The translations under genes and the position numbers were made by a program. Shown here piece by piece: positions 8,446-22,675 of a stretch of 64,000 nt of DNA. Under the pieces are notes generated by a model, which saw only the letters and a program-made list of their open reading frames with translations, made no database searches and was not told the DNA's origin. How positions within the stretch are numbered: the stretch's first letter is position 1; every line of letters starts with the position of its first letter. Origin of the DNA: Octopus vulgaris (Eukaryota); NCBI GenBank assembly GCA_951406725.2, contig OX597817.1:21266001-21330000 (forward strand). Reading direction: 5' to 3'.

Positions 8446-11400
8446 AAAAGCAGCAATTATAACAAGAACACGAATAGTAGCCACTGATAAGATCAGTAAT
8501 AGAAAGAGTGCGAGTGATAGCTGGTGATAGTAAAAGGATTAGCAACAGCTGCAGTAAAAACAATACCGAGAGCTATATCATCAAGATTAGCAGCTGTTTG
8601 AAATCAAGGAAGTAGCGGCAGCGGCGGAGGACTCAATGTATCATCTTGAGCTGCTAGGGAAACAGCGATATCTCCTTCAAATCTAACCCTACTGTCTTAA
8701 AAAAAAACTGCCAAGATATATTGGATAATGAAATGTAGTTGATAAAAGAACTAGTTGATCATGTCATGTCGAAAAACCCTTTAATCATAGGTCTGCTCAG
8801 TCACAGCGGATACAGAACGAAACAGCATCAACAGTAACAGTAGTATGTAGTAATCTCAGCAATATTTCATAGAAACAGCTGAACTAGCTACATCATCTAC
8901 ATAATTACTAATACTAGCAAAAGTGCATAGCGTGAATAATAAAATATTAGCAACAGAACCAACAGTTGATTGTGGTAGAAGTAGTGGTAACTTTATCAAC
9001 AACATTATCAGCCCTGATAACATTTGCCTCAGCCTATAAGCAACAAGGGCAGACGGAGTGGCGACCTCAGCAAAAGCATTAAAAAAAAAGCATAAATATC
9101 ATTAACAGCAATATACAGGTACATCAGAAGTGATAGCAACACGGCCGACAAAACCAATAGCAATAGCAACGTTAGCATCATGTTTTATAGCGAGAGAGGC
9201 AGTGGTAGCAGGAATAATAGGGATAGCAAAACTATATTAGCAAAAACTATATTAGCAACAATTTGTAGCTTTATCATCAGCATCAACAGAAGCAACATAA
9301 TTAGCAACATTAGCAATGGTTTATAGCAACAGCAGCAGCAATTACCACAATGGCAATAAGGTTAATAGAACCAATAGTTTTAGTATTGGGAACAGCATGA
9401 ATAGCAGCAGCAGAACCCAAACAACAACATAATTTACTGGGCTGTTTAAGATGCTAGTAGCAGCAATTAAGTTTACTCGTGAAGTCCTACCACTTTACGA
9501 AAAGGGTCAAACTAGATTAGATCTATGTATATACTTTCATGAACAGGAAAAACACGAGTAGAATGTATTTTGATAGTAGGTGTACTCGAAAAGGGCTAGC
9601 CAAGGGCTAAATGATAACAATAGTGAAAGCAGCTGTATCAGTCGTTGTAGCTGCAGTAGAAGCATTACCATGAACAATAAGGGAAGTACCAATAATGTGC
9701 AATGAAGAACAGCAGCGATATTAGTAACAGTAGTACCACCAGTAGTAATAGTAACGGTAGCAGTAGCAACAATAACATGTAAGAACATTAGCAGCATTAG
9801 CAACATGTTCTGCAGCAGCAGTAGCAGCCGCAGCAGCAGCGGAGGTGGCAGCAGCAGCAGCGGTGACACAGGCTACACCAGCCGCAGCGACGACAAGCTC
9901 AGTAGGTGAAGCTGCAGCAGCAGCAGCAACAAGAAGCAACATCAACAGCAGCAGCAGCAGCAGCAAAATCAGCATCATTATCAGCAGCAGCAGCAGCACA
10001 ATCACCACTGCTACTGCCACCATCACCACTATCAGTAACAACAGCCACAACAACAACAACAGCAGCAGTATCGTCTAGCTGACAATAAACGCAATGTGCT
10101 AAGCCTCCGTACCAATGGATAGCTAGCTCTCTACCTGTGGCGACACACATCAGTAGGAATACTTGGCATGTAGATGAATGTAGTAGAAGTCGACGACAAC
10201 GACGACGACGACGACGGCGACGACGACGGGAGAACAATAACAACAACAACAACAATAACAACAAAAAAAAACAAATAATACCAGGACGGAATACCCTCCC
10301 TCTGTTAATTATCACACACTTAGAAAACAAACCAAAGAAGCAAGAAAAAAAAAAAAAAAGAGAGAGAGATGAAGTGTGAAGAAATAATAACAACTGGAAG
10401 AAACTATTACTTTGAAAATCTAAACTAATGAGAAAAGTGAATGAGCAAAGTGGGATACATTTATAGAGAGAAATACAGAGTAAAATAAATAAATAGTTTG
10501 GAGGAATTTACTTAGATGTGAAAGTGAAAGTGAAACAAGATAAAAAGAAAAAAAAAAACCACAAAGAAGGATACACAGGAATTATTATCATTACCGTGAC
10601 TACGATTGTCAAAAGAAGTCAAAGGGATTTATAGAATATTTACTAAGCGTTATATTAAAATATTGTAAAAATACACACATACATACACGCAAACTTATAC
10701 AAAAAAAAGGTAAAGAATATGTAGTTATACATATGTGCAAAAGTAAATAATATATATATTTATATATATATATATATTATATATATATACACACACATAC
10801 AAACACAGTCTCTCATAAAAAAATACACAGATACATATATACATATACACATCCATATATATATATAAATACATATATACATACACACGCACATATATAC
10901 TTATATATATATATACATACATATGAACAAATTTATAAGTATGATAAAATAAGCCACCCCGCCCCCCTAAAAAAGCTAAAGAACAAATGATAATATATTG
11001 TTGTAGTAACACAAACACACATATATATACAAATAAGTGTGTATTATTTGATATATGAAATTCAAGTATTAGCAACAATAAGTATAGAAGTATAATTATT
11101 AATATTAATTATAATATTTTAATTATATATAATTAAGGATTTATCTTTTATATTCTTATATACATATACAGAGAGAGAGAGAGAGTGAGAGAGAGAGAGA
11201 GAAAGAAAGAAAGAGTGAGGTAGACAGATAAATAGATACAAATATACATAGAAATAGTTTGGGAAGGCAATAAAAAGTCTGAAAATTTTAAGTGCAAAAC
11301 GAAAATTTTGGTTTAGCTTCAGAAGAAAGAACAACAAAAACGAAGTTGTTTTATATATTTATTTTATTTTTTATTTTGTCGAAACAGTTGAAGTTTGTAG

Positions 11401-11977
11401 GCGATGAGGAGAATAAAGAAACCCGATATAGAATAAAATTTTAAGTATATTAAGAACACTTAGTGGGGAAAATGAAAGCATATACATGTGTTTATATGTA
11501 TATATATATACATTAAATTAAAATAGAAAATCAGACGACATCCACCTTAGCGGGAGTAAAAGTAACGCTAAAGTCTACACTCGTGAAAAGAAATTTCCTA
11601 AATTCAAAGAACAGTTGTAGAATTTAGACTATAAAAGCAAAGATTGAAACGGAATAGTATATATACATATAAATACATATTTTATACTTTCTTGCCCAAT
11701 TACTGTATATATTTGTATATACCACATATCTAAACATATTTGTATATACATACATAATATAATATATATATATATAAGTATATATGTGTGTCTGTACATA
11801 CATACACAATTAACAAATATCCATACACACAATTTCGTTTAATTATATGTTTATTAAAATATTTGTATATGTATATGTATTTATATATATATATTATACA
11901 TAACATATGCAAAGCTACTTGTAAGTAGGCATTATATCGTTGGAGATTTTCACATATTGATATATACATACATATAC

Positions 11978-12027
<50 letters not shown>

Positions 12028-12560
12028 TCTTCTATAGAATAAATCCACGAGGCTTAATGTAAAACTCTATAGAAGAATTCACTTATTCTTTCACACACAC
12101 AGACACACATACACACACACGTCACACGCGCATATACATACATATATTATAAATAATTATCGTTTTATTATAAATATTGAGTGATACACACAGACTATAC
12201 GCATATATTCATTACTAAATATATATGTACATTCATTCATTCCTAGGATATTATTAATTACAAGACAAACGCACACACACAAAATGACCATAACTACACT
12301 TGTGTGCTTCCAGGCTTATTTCCACTTTGTGATGTGGGCAGGTAAGTTGTATATGTATATTATACATACATACATATATATCAATGCTTTTATATATCAT
12401 TTTAACATTGTTTTCTTTCACAAAAACTTATTTCTTCTGAAAGTAAAAAAAAAAGTAACAAAAAAAAAAGTATTGATATTACCGTTTCGTTTTTGAAGAA
12501 GTTAGTGCTAACTAATTATAATTATATACGTCCGTATGTGTCCCCTTTTATGCATGAATG

Positions 12561-12614
<54 letters not shown>

Positions 12615-12782
12615 CGTGTGTGTGTATGTATGTATGTATGAGATTTTATTATCGAATCTGTTTGATAATATTTTACCAAGTTATAGCCCGTAAGATTCGG
12701 AACACCTTCATGCTATTGTGTTGAAATACAGAATCATAGAACAATATATATAGGCATGTTGCATACACCTGACATACAGAGT

Positions 12783-12907
<125 letters not shown>

Positions 12908-12920
12908 GAATATACATACA

Positions 12921-12954
<34 letters not shown>

Positions 12955-14136
12955 TGTGCTTATTATGTATCTTTGTGTGTCGGTATGCCTTTAAATGTGA
13001 CATCTGTGTATACGAGTGTAAAAAAAAAAAATATAATAAGTACGTGCCATATATCCTTGGAAGCCGGTAAAACGCCCGAATGTACTTGTTTTTGGTCTTC
13101 AAGATTTAAGTTCGAATACTTCTGGGACCACAGCTGCGGTTCGACATACGTCTGGCGGATTAAAATTAAGATCCAATCAAGGATAAGTGACGATATATAA
13201 TCGACCAGGAACTCTATATAACTAAATACCTGTATCTTAAACCTGTATGAAATAAAAAAAAATATGATGAAAACACACACGCTCAAACACACACGCACGC
13301 ACATACACACACACACACAAACACACACGCATAAACACACACACACACATTTATTGCACACTTGTTATGCGCGCTGCATATTACGAACGTGTGTGTGTGT
13401 GTGTGTCTGTGTGACGTGGCTGGTCGCATGTGTTTTTCGCACGCGATGTTTGCAGTAACCTGTAATTTGAAGAGAAGAGTTAAGAGAAGAATTTATACGA
13501 TAAAAAAAAGTCTACGTACATGTAAGCAAAACGCCTATGAATGCTTACACACAGACACCCATATATACACAACATGCACAACACCCATACATACACAGAT
13601 ATCTCTCCTTACACACACACACACACGTTTACACTTCTATCAACTTCGCATAATGCATACGTATCGTCTGATTTTGTTGAAAACACTTATCGTCGCTAAA
13701 AAGTAAATATGCACCTTGTCAATAAGAGCATTCTCTTAACTTTTCTTCTGTTCCTCTGCATCCTTTAAGGCCCTCATGCTTTCCGAAATCCGCCGTAACT
13801 ACACCTGATTATATATACACTTTAGATGAGTTGTAGTGCACCTGAGCATTGTACACAATTCTTCTTCTTCTTATTATTATTATTATTAATGCTCCTTTTT
13901 TTTCTTCGATTTCTTTATTTCTGTCTTTCATTCTTTTCACTTTCTTATTTTCTTTCTTTCCTTCTTTATTACATCCATCCACCCTTCTTTCCCTCCTCCC
14001 TTCCTTCCTTCTTTCCTTCCTTCTTTTCTTCCTTCCTTCCCCCTTTCTATTTAGCTAACTCTCCCGCTCCATTTCTCCCCCTTTCTTTCTCTCTCTGTAC
14101 GTCTGTCTCTGTCTCTCTCTCGATAGATATATGCAC

Positions 14137-14205
<69 letters not shown>

Positions 14206-14429
14206 TGCATGTAATAAGTGTGTGCGTGCGTGTGCTTGTGTGTGTGTGTGTATAACTGCATATAAGTATACAAGAATGTGTAATTATATCTATTCAGTGG
14301 TGGTGCCCCAGCATGGCCGCGGCCTTCAGGCTAAAATTTTTTTTATGATTTTAAGGATTTATACCCTTTCGCCTCAGTCACTTCATGTTTGTGAACGCGA
14401 GAGTATGTGTACGTATATGTATTTATGTT

Positions 14430-14481
<52 letters not shown>

Positions 14482-15380
14482 ATAAGTATCTATGTACATA
14501 AATATGTATGTTCCTGTGTGTATGCAACCTAAGATTTCGAACAGGTCTTAAGATTCCCATGTCTATCATTCTATGTCGTGGAATATATGTACACACATAC
14601 TCAGGTATGGGCACAACAAGCGCTGCTCACACGAGCAGAGAAACTTTAATAATATCCCACTTACCCTTATAAACACCCTTGTCTACACACATACATATCT
14701 GAAAATAATTATATATATATATGTATGTATGTAAATATATATGTACATACATGTATATATGCATACATGTATATATGTACATACATGTATATATGTTTAT
14801 ATATATATATATATCGATGTACATATATATATATATATTTGCAGTTATAAACATATACATATATTTATGTGTACACGCACATACCTTACGCTTCTATAGA
14901 TTGTCGCCTTCAAGCAATTTTTGCCCTTCTTTTCCATTTGACTATTTTTGAACCACAACCACCACCACCCTAGTACTTATTCTCCATAGAAAAAATGGTA
15001 AAACACCTCATCGAGCACATTTTGCCCCGTTAAACAGATACACGTACCTATAAAAAACAAACGAATTTAAATCACAGGCTCACTCACACACACACACATA
15101 ATCATACACACACACACACACATACACGCACACACACATATATAAATGTGCAAGTATGCGATGTTATATACGCGTGTGTGTTTGGCGATACATTCTATCG
15201 AATTCTACGTTTAAGGAATTGCTCCCCCAGAGGTTATAACGGAAAAAATGCTTCCACAATATGCCACGCTGGCGAATCGAGCTTGAAAACAAGTGGTTAC
15301 GAACCGGACTCCTCATCCGCAGATATCGCTCTGTTTATATAAATATGTATATACATACAGTCACACAGCCGTATAGACAC

Positions 15381-15446
<66 letters not shown>

Positions 15447-15468
15447 ATCTATCTATGTATCTATTTAA

Positions 15469-15545
<77 letters not shown>
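15381..15545. repeat. Compound (ATCT)n-(CT)n-(AT)n microsatellite
   Basis: Direct reading. Confidence 0.95.
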
Positions 15546-15546
<1 letters not shown>

Positions 15547-15623
15547 GTCTATCTATCTGTCTATCTCTCTATCTGTCTGCCTATCTATCTATCTTATCTA
15601 TAGCTAGCTATCTCCGTCTGGTG

Positions 15624-15658
<35 letters not shown>

Positions 15659-15909
15659 GTATGTGTGTGTGTTTATCTATATGCGTACTTACGTATATTT
15701 ATGTATGTGCCCCTCGGACTATGTCAAACAGCTCTCAGTTTCCCACCTTATTTTCATCAGCATTTATATATTATTTACAACCAGGACCCACATTGATGTG
15801 TGTATTCCCACGTATATCTCTTATATAATTTTACCTGCAAACTTTTCTTCATTCCTGCAAATATTCATATTACTATAATCATATAGAAGGCCGTAGGCGC
15901 AGACGTATA

Positions 15910-16147
15910 CAGGGTTGGCCAAAAACCACCTGACAGTAAATCAAGACCATTTAAATCCTAGATTTATTTATGTTTAACAACTGAATGAATTTAATAAATC
16001 AAAAGCATCTGAATATGAACCATCACAAAAAGTGTTCAAACTGAAGTCCTTCTCGAGCGACACATTTTTTTATTCGAGTCAATACAGAATTACTGATAGT
16101 ATCTATGCTATTTTGATTTAGTGTCGAGTGACTTCTGGCCAAACGTG
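15910..16147 (-). mobile_element. Tc1/mariner-superfamily MITE with TA TSD
   Basis: Imperfect TIRs (cagggttggccaaaaaccacctgaca vs reverse complement cacgtttggccagaagtcactcgaca), with TA at 15908-15909 and 16148-16149. The minus strand at ~16030-16064 reads CVAREGLQFEHF, resembling the C-terminus of DD37D-type transposases. Confidence 0.75.
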
Positions 16148-16493
16148 TATGCGTATGTGCTATTGTTTGTTTGCATGTGTGTTTGTGTATAATAATATAT
16201 GTCTCCGCTTGAGTTCTATGTACGTGATATTTTCTCTATCAGTACATGTCTATATGTACGTATAGTATTACATCTAACCTAAATACAAAAAAAATTTCTG
16301 AGTTTAGATCGTGTGCGTTCGTTCGTGCACGCGTTCTGCCCGAATGTGTTATTTACTAATATAATCCCCTTATAAAATATATGTATACAAAAACGCATCT
16401 GTAAATATGTGTAAGTGTGTGTGTAAGTGTGTGTGTGTGTGTGTGTGTGTGTGAGTATATAAACACCATCGCAGCGATAGACAGACAAGTAGT

Positions 16494-16562
<69 letters not shown>

Positions 16563-16689
16563 GGATGGATGGATGGATGGATGGATAGTAAAAAGATAGA
16601 TGGAAGGGTAGACAGATGGCTAGATAGATGGATGGAAAGACAAACAGATAGATGCAAGGATGGCCGAACAAATAGACAGATATATTGAT

Positions 16690-16758
<69 letters not shown>

Positions 16759-16985
16759 GATAAATAGATACATAGAAAGATAGATAGAAAGGTAGATAGA
16801 TAGATATATAGTTAGATGGATTGATAGATATCTTTCAAGTTTGGGAATTAAAATCTTTAAACGCAGTACAAGTTCTGCCATCTAATAGAAATCGTTGTAT
16901 ACAAACATCTAAAATGCATATGTTACGTATACACTCTTAAGTAAAAATTTCTTTATTATAATTACCATCATTATTAGCATTACTG

Positions 16986-16986
<1 letters not shown>

Positions 16987-17018
<32 letters not shown>

Positions 17019-17034
17019 CCACTATCACCACCAC

Positions 17035-17065
<31 letters not shown>

Positions 17066-17098
17066 GTCGTCGTCATCGTCATCATCATCATCATCATC

Positions 17099-17132
<34 letters not shown>

Positions 17133-17133
17133 C

Positions 17134-17165
<32 letters not shown>

Positions 17166-17187
17166 CAATCATCATCATCATCATCAC

Positions 17188-17277
<90 letters not shown>

Positions 17278-17296
17278 TATCATCATCATCATCATC
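16987..17296. repeat. (CAT)n microsatellite with CAC/CGT/CAA variants
   Basis: Direct reading; this is the source of the poly-M and poly-D pseudo-ORFs. Confidence 0.95.
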
Positions 17297-18084
17297 AATA
17301 TTAGTGTGAGGCCTAAGTACATCAGTTTTGGGATGTTGTATATGTGTGTCAGCTGTTTTCAAGAGAACGGTGTGTAGGAGGATTTCCTATCCGTGCAGTC
17401 ACTCAAGCGCATACATGTATTTGTGTGTGTGTATGTGTGTGTGTGTGTGTGTGTATTATGTGTGGTGTAGGTATGTGTGCATGTGTGTACTACTTTGTGT
17501 AAGTATACAACTCTGCGTGTGTGCGTGCATGCGTGCGTGTTTGTGTGTGTGTATGTGTGCCTTTGTGTGTCTGTGTGTGCAAATACTGATGTGCTGATGT
17601 GCGTGTGTGTCCGTGTGAATCTATAAGTCTTGTCAATATTTCCATCGATTCATCGATCTCTCTCATACCTGTTCGCTCGTCTAATATTTTATATACCTAT
17701 ATCTCGATATATCTTGTGTTTATCTTAAGGTATCTATTCATGTATATTCGTTGCAACAGTGTATATATGTATTACTTTATCGTATTGTCTCTCACTCTCT
17801 CTAAACAAACAGAGGTATCTCTTGATATAATATATGTCAATGAAAACGGTGCCCCAGCTTGGTCTCAGTCCAAGGATTGAAACAAGTAAAACCAAGAAAA
17901 ATATGTTTGTTTGACTCTGTTACTTTGAATCTCTGCCTCTTTGAAAATCCAAAACTCATACATGTATATACACATGTTGCTGTGAATAAATGTTTAAACA
18001 CATATAGCCATATAGACATCCATATACATACATTCTTGGACGCACATACACGCACATGCACCCTCACACACTACACATGCACGG

Positions 18085-18265
18085 GGCGGAGGAGGCTAAG
18101 ATGCGTGGCTAAAAAGTTAGCATCCCTTCTATGTAATCTTGTGTTCAAACCTCCTGGGCGGTAACTTGGGCTACTATCATCTACAATAGCCCTAAGTCGA
18201 CCAAAGCTTTGTGAGTGGAATTCGCAGACGGAACGTGAAAGAAACCCGCCACACACGCACCCACG

Positions 18266-18297
<32 letters not shown>

Positions 18298-18795
18298 TAT
18301 ATATTTGAGGGGGGGGGGGGCTGGCTCAATAGTTTTTGGCTTCAAGGATATTGCGAAAGGACTCACTGGAGACACAGCATTCCGAGCTTTTTCACATGGC
18401 TTAGAAAAATGAAGGACGGCTGCAATAAGTGTATGAATCTGAAAAGGGAATGTGTTGAATAACATCATAATTAACTGAACCTCCAGATTTTTTTTACTCA
18501 AAGGCAAGAACTTCTCAGCCCCAGCGATCACACACTCACACACTCACACACAAACACACACATACAAATGATGGAGTGTTTGTCATTATCCCGTCGGTGT
18601 AAGCTTACATTTGACCCCGGAATCTGGCGGTTCAGCGACAAATTGTTAGATAAATTACCATTCATTAAACAAATAAGTACTAGGGTTGATTTATAGGAAC
18701 TCAGCATTTATTTTACCTTTCGCTCGTCTCATTCATTGAACAGCAGCCCTACCATAGCTATAGTCCACTGACTGACTCAAGTAAAAGTTGAAAGA
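18085..18795 (+). mobile_element. Old SINE family C copy split by a mariner MITE
   Basis: The 5' half (~18085-18260, gaccaaagctttgtgagtggaa...gacggaacgtgaaagaaacccg) and 3' half (~18570-18795, ggcggttcagc...aataagtactagggttgat...tgactgactcaagtaaaag) both match family C. Confidence 0.65.
18303..18528 (+). mobile_element. Mariner-derived MITE retaining transposase C-terminal codons
   Basis: tgcaataagtgtatgaatctgaaaagggaatgtgttgaataa encodes CNKCMNLKRECVE*, like the mariner RWxKCVxxxGxYVE end. Degenerate TIRs; a homologous reversed copy lies at 21331-21526. Confidence 0.65.
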
Positions 18796-18846
18796 TATAT
18801 TATTATTATTACGTTACGTATTTTTATATTCATATATACTTATATA

Positions 18847-18917
<71 letters not shown>

Positions 18918-19012
18918 ATATATTCATACACACATGCACACATATTTACATAGGCATATATGTAGATATACCCGGTTTTTGCGTAAATCCTTCGCATCAA
19001 ATAATTATATAT

Positions 19013-19175
19013 ATTTCTTTACTACCAACAAGGGGCTAAACATAGAGGGGACAAACAAGGACAGACAAAGGGATTAAGTCGATTACATCGACCCCAATGC
19101 GTAACTGCTACTTAATTTATCGACCCCGAAAGAATGAAAGGCAAAGTCGACCTCGGCGGAATTTGAACCCAGAAC
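19013..19175 (-). mobile_element. SINE family B, 5'-truncated
   Basis: Reverse-complement match to the 3' ~160 bp of 32531-32759. Confidence 0.85.
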
Positions 19176-19991
19176 ACTTAACGGCATGCTTATGTACTAA
19201 CTTGAGACCAACATCCTGTTTGATTTCGCATTTGAAGCGTGACCCTCGCATTGTTGTTCATAACTCTTCTCTTATCGTTTGATTAGGTTCGGTTAATAAA
19301 GTACTTGGGTATATATGTATGATTAAAATTGATCTAGCTATAAATATCTGATGCTTTACAGAGTTTCTATGACCGTATTAACCAAAATAATTTTACGTTT
19401 CGCCTTAGAAGTTTGAGTTGAGATAAGATCGGCTACTATGTCTGGCAAATGAAAGTATCACGTCTGATGGAAATTTATGGGTGCATATCATGTGCTAGTG
19501 TCGATACGATCGACCTCACACCTTCAGTAATAACGTGCGTTCTTGTGCTAAAGTGAGAAATCAATAGAAATGTTGTCCATCTAAGTTTTGACTTAGAAAT
19601 AACAAGCCTCTGGGATTTTCTTAAAGAATATATTATAGTAGATAAGTAATTCAGTGTATATGTTCAGTTGTAAATTTTAAAGCAAATTTAATGGAAAGAG
19701 GGTCAAGATTCTTATAAAAAAAGTGATAGACGCGCAGACGGACAGACAGTCTCACACACACATGCACAAACACTCAGACACATGCAAACACACTCAGACA
19801 CACGCACACACACATACACACAATTTATTTCGTCAGGTGAAAATGATTATATCTGCCTATCCATCAAAATGAGACAGATTAAAAAGATGGAGAGAGAGCG
19901 AGAGTGACAGACAGACAGGAAGGTATATAGGTAGATAGATAGATCGATAGACAGGTGTGTTTATATAAAATATATATATATATATATTTAT

Positions 19992-20054
<63 letters not shown>

Positions 20055-20373
20055 TAGCTACATAAATAGATAGATAGATACACATAGATAGAAATAATGA
20101 TTGATAGATAAAAAGACAGACAGACAAATTGATGGATTATATATATTGTCACGGAAAAACATATAGAGACATGATATATTTGAAGAAAAATACATCAACA
20201 CATGTGGTCGTATAAACACATTTTACACAACATCCCATCTTATAGGTTTTCAATATATTTCTTTCACTGTCTTATATATATATATATATATATATATTAG
20301 CCATATTCAGATGGCTTTAGTCACTAATGTTATCTAGCAGTTACTGTCTATATCTCTTTTAGAGAATTATTAT

Positions 20374-20410
<37 letters not shown>

Positions 20411-20570
20411 TATACACCTGCTTGCGCGCACAGTTATGTGTATGTGCGTGTATATATTTATTCGTTTGTGCAATTTGTGTAATTATATATAACCATACAC
20501 ATTTTAATAAAGATATATATATATATATATATGTTTGTATGTACGTATACATACATAAGTATACAGTTAT

Positions 20571-20631
<61 letters not shown>

Positions 20632-20704
20632 CAAAAAAGGGGAAAAGAACGCAAGAAACGACAGTATAAATGGGGTATAAAAAAGGTTTCTTCAGGAGTC
20701 ATAT

Positions 20705-20876
20705 AAACTCATGAGGACAGTTTCCCTGTTTCCATGGCGCAGACACTCGCCACCCCTCCCGGGCTAACCTAATATCGAAGTGTTTGCTGAAGAACATTCA
20801 TCCCCTGGTCCTGAGATCGAAACCATAATCGTACGTTGATCAGGCCAACAACCTAACCACTAAGCCACGCACATCG
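20705..20876 (-). mobile_element. Old tRNA-headed SINE related to the family A head
   Basis: The reverse complement begins gtgcgtggcttagtggttagg...ggtttcgatctcaggaccagggg, the same head as 57829-57975. Confidence 0.6.
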
Positions 20877-20948
20877 ACCTTCATATACACATATATCTAT
20901 ATTCAGATATATATGTGTGTGTGTGTGTGAGTGCATGTATATATATTA

Positions 20949-21010
<62 letters not shown>

Positions 21011-21297
21011 TCCAGGTAGGTGGAAAGAAACCTGCTTCTCAAAGACATGCTGCCAAATCTACTGTCAAGCCTTTCGTCAGTCCCATGCTATAGTAGATGA
21101 CGTTCGAGGTGCCAATTACAGGGATTGTATGCGGAACCCTTTGGACAGGTAGCAAAAATCTACACCAGATACCCATACCTATATATGTATATATGTATAT
21201 GTGTATATACATATATTCACACATATATATTTAAATATATATATACATGCACATACACACTCCCACAACACATATAAGTTATATGTATTATATATAT

Positions 21298-21328
<31 letters not shown>

Positions 21329-21330
21329 AT

Positions 21331-21526
21331 ATGACAGGTTGCTGAAAAGTTACTGGCTTACGGTAAAAGAAAATAGAGGAGGATCGTTTAATAATGATTT
21401 TATTCAACATATGCTCATATCATATTCACTCGCATTGCAGCAGTTCTAATGTTTTCTAAACCCTGGTCCTCCAACCTGGGTTTTCTCGATACTATTTTGG
21501 CTAGGAACTCTTCAGTATCCCATGTG
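21331..21526 (-). mobile_element. Mariner-derived MITE (same family as 18303-18528)
   Basis: Imperfect TIRs (tgctgaaaagttactggc vs reverse complement tactgaagagttcctagc). The internal ttattcaacat...ttttctaaacc is the reverse complement of the transposase C-terminal segment. Confidence 0.6.
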
Positions 21527-21945
21527 TATATATTACACACACACGCGCGCGCAATCTGTGTGTATTTGATACAGATATCATATAAATTATATATATATAT
21601 CATATAAATTATATATATATATCATATAAATTATATATATATATATCATATATATTTATATATTACATATATAACATATATATTATATATATATATTATA
21701 TGACACACAAACACACAAACACTTGTATACAAACTCATTTCACCTGACCCGGTATTACATATCATACTGCATCCTATGCCGCACCCAAGAAAAGGATTAC
21801 ACAACACAGCACATGACCGGAAGTGTTGACGACGGGATTAAGATTAGGGCACACATTTTCCCAGACGAGATCCCACAAATCTAACAAGTTTGCAACGTTA
21901 TGCATCCTCTACGACTTTATCTCTAGATGTATCTATCTATCTATA

Positions 21946-22040
<95 letters not shown>

Positions 22041-22311
22041 ATAGATATTCATATATAGACATATATATACACATACATGGATACAGATGTACATATATAT
22101 ATTCATATATACATATATAAAAATATATGTATATATACACATGCATATATACATATCTATATATTTATATATATATATATATATATATATAAGTATATAC
22201 TTAGGCATATAGCCACATATATACTTATATAAATACACACAAGCTTATATATGTTTCTATATATACGTATATATATATGTATATTTAGACATATAACTAC
22301 ATATGTATTCC

Positions 22312-22364
<53 letters not shown>

Positions 22365-22412
22365 TATATGTATACATACACATATGTATATATATATACG
22401 TACACACAATCG

Positions 22413-22446
<34 letters not shown>

Positions 22447-22571
22447 CGTTTATATAAGTACATTTATATATAGATATTTGTATGTATACATGCACACATA
22501 GTCTATATATATAATATATAGATATATAGATAGACAGTCAGATAGATAGACAGACAGATAGATATACAGAC

Positions 22572-22675
<104 letters not shown>

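Noticed and set aside
16909-17362. Poly-Met and poly-Asp ORFs suggesting an acidic biomineralisation protein
   Set aside because: They come from a (CAT)n microsatellite with no signal peptide, splice context or other coding evidence.
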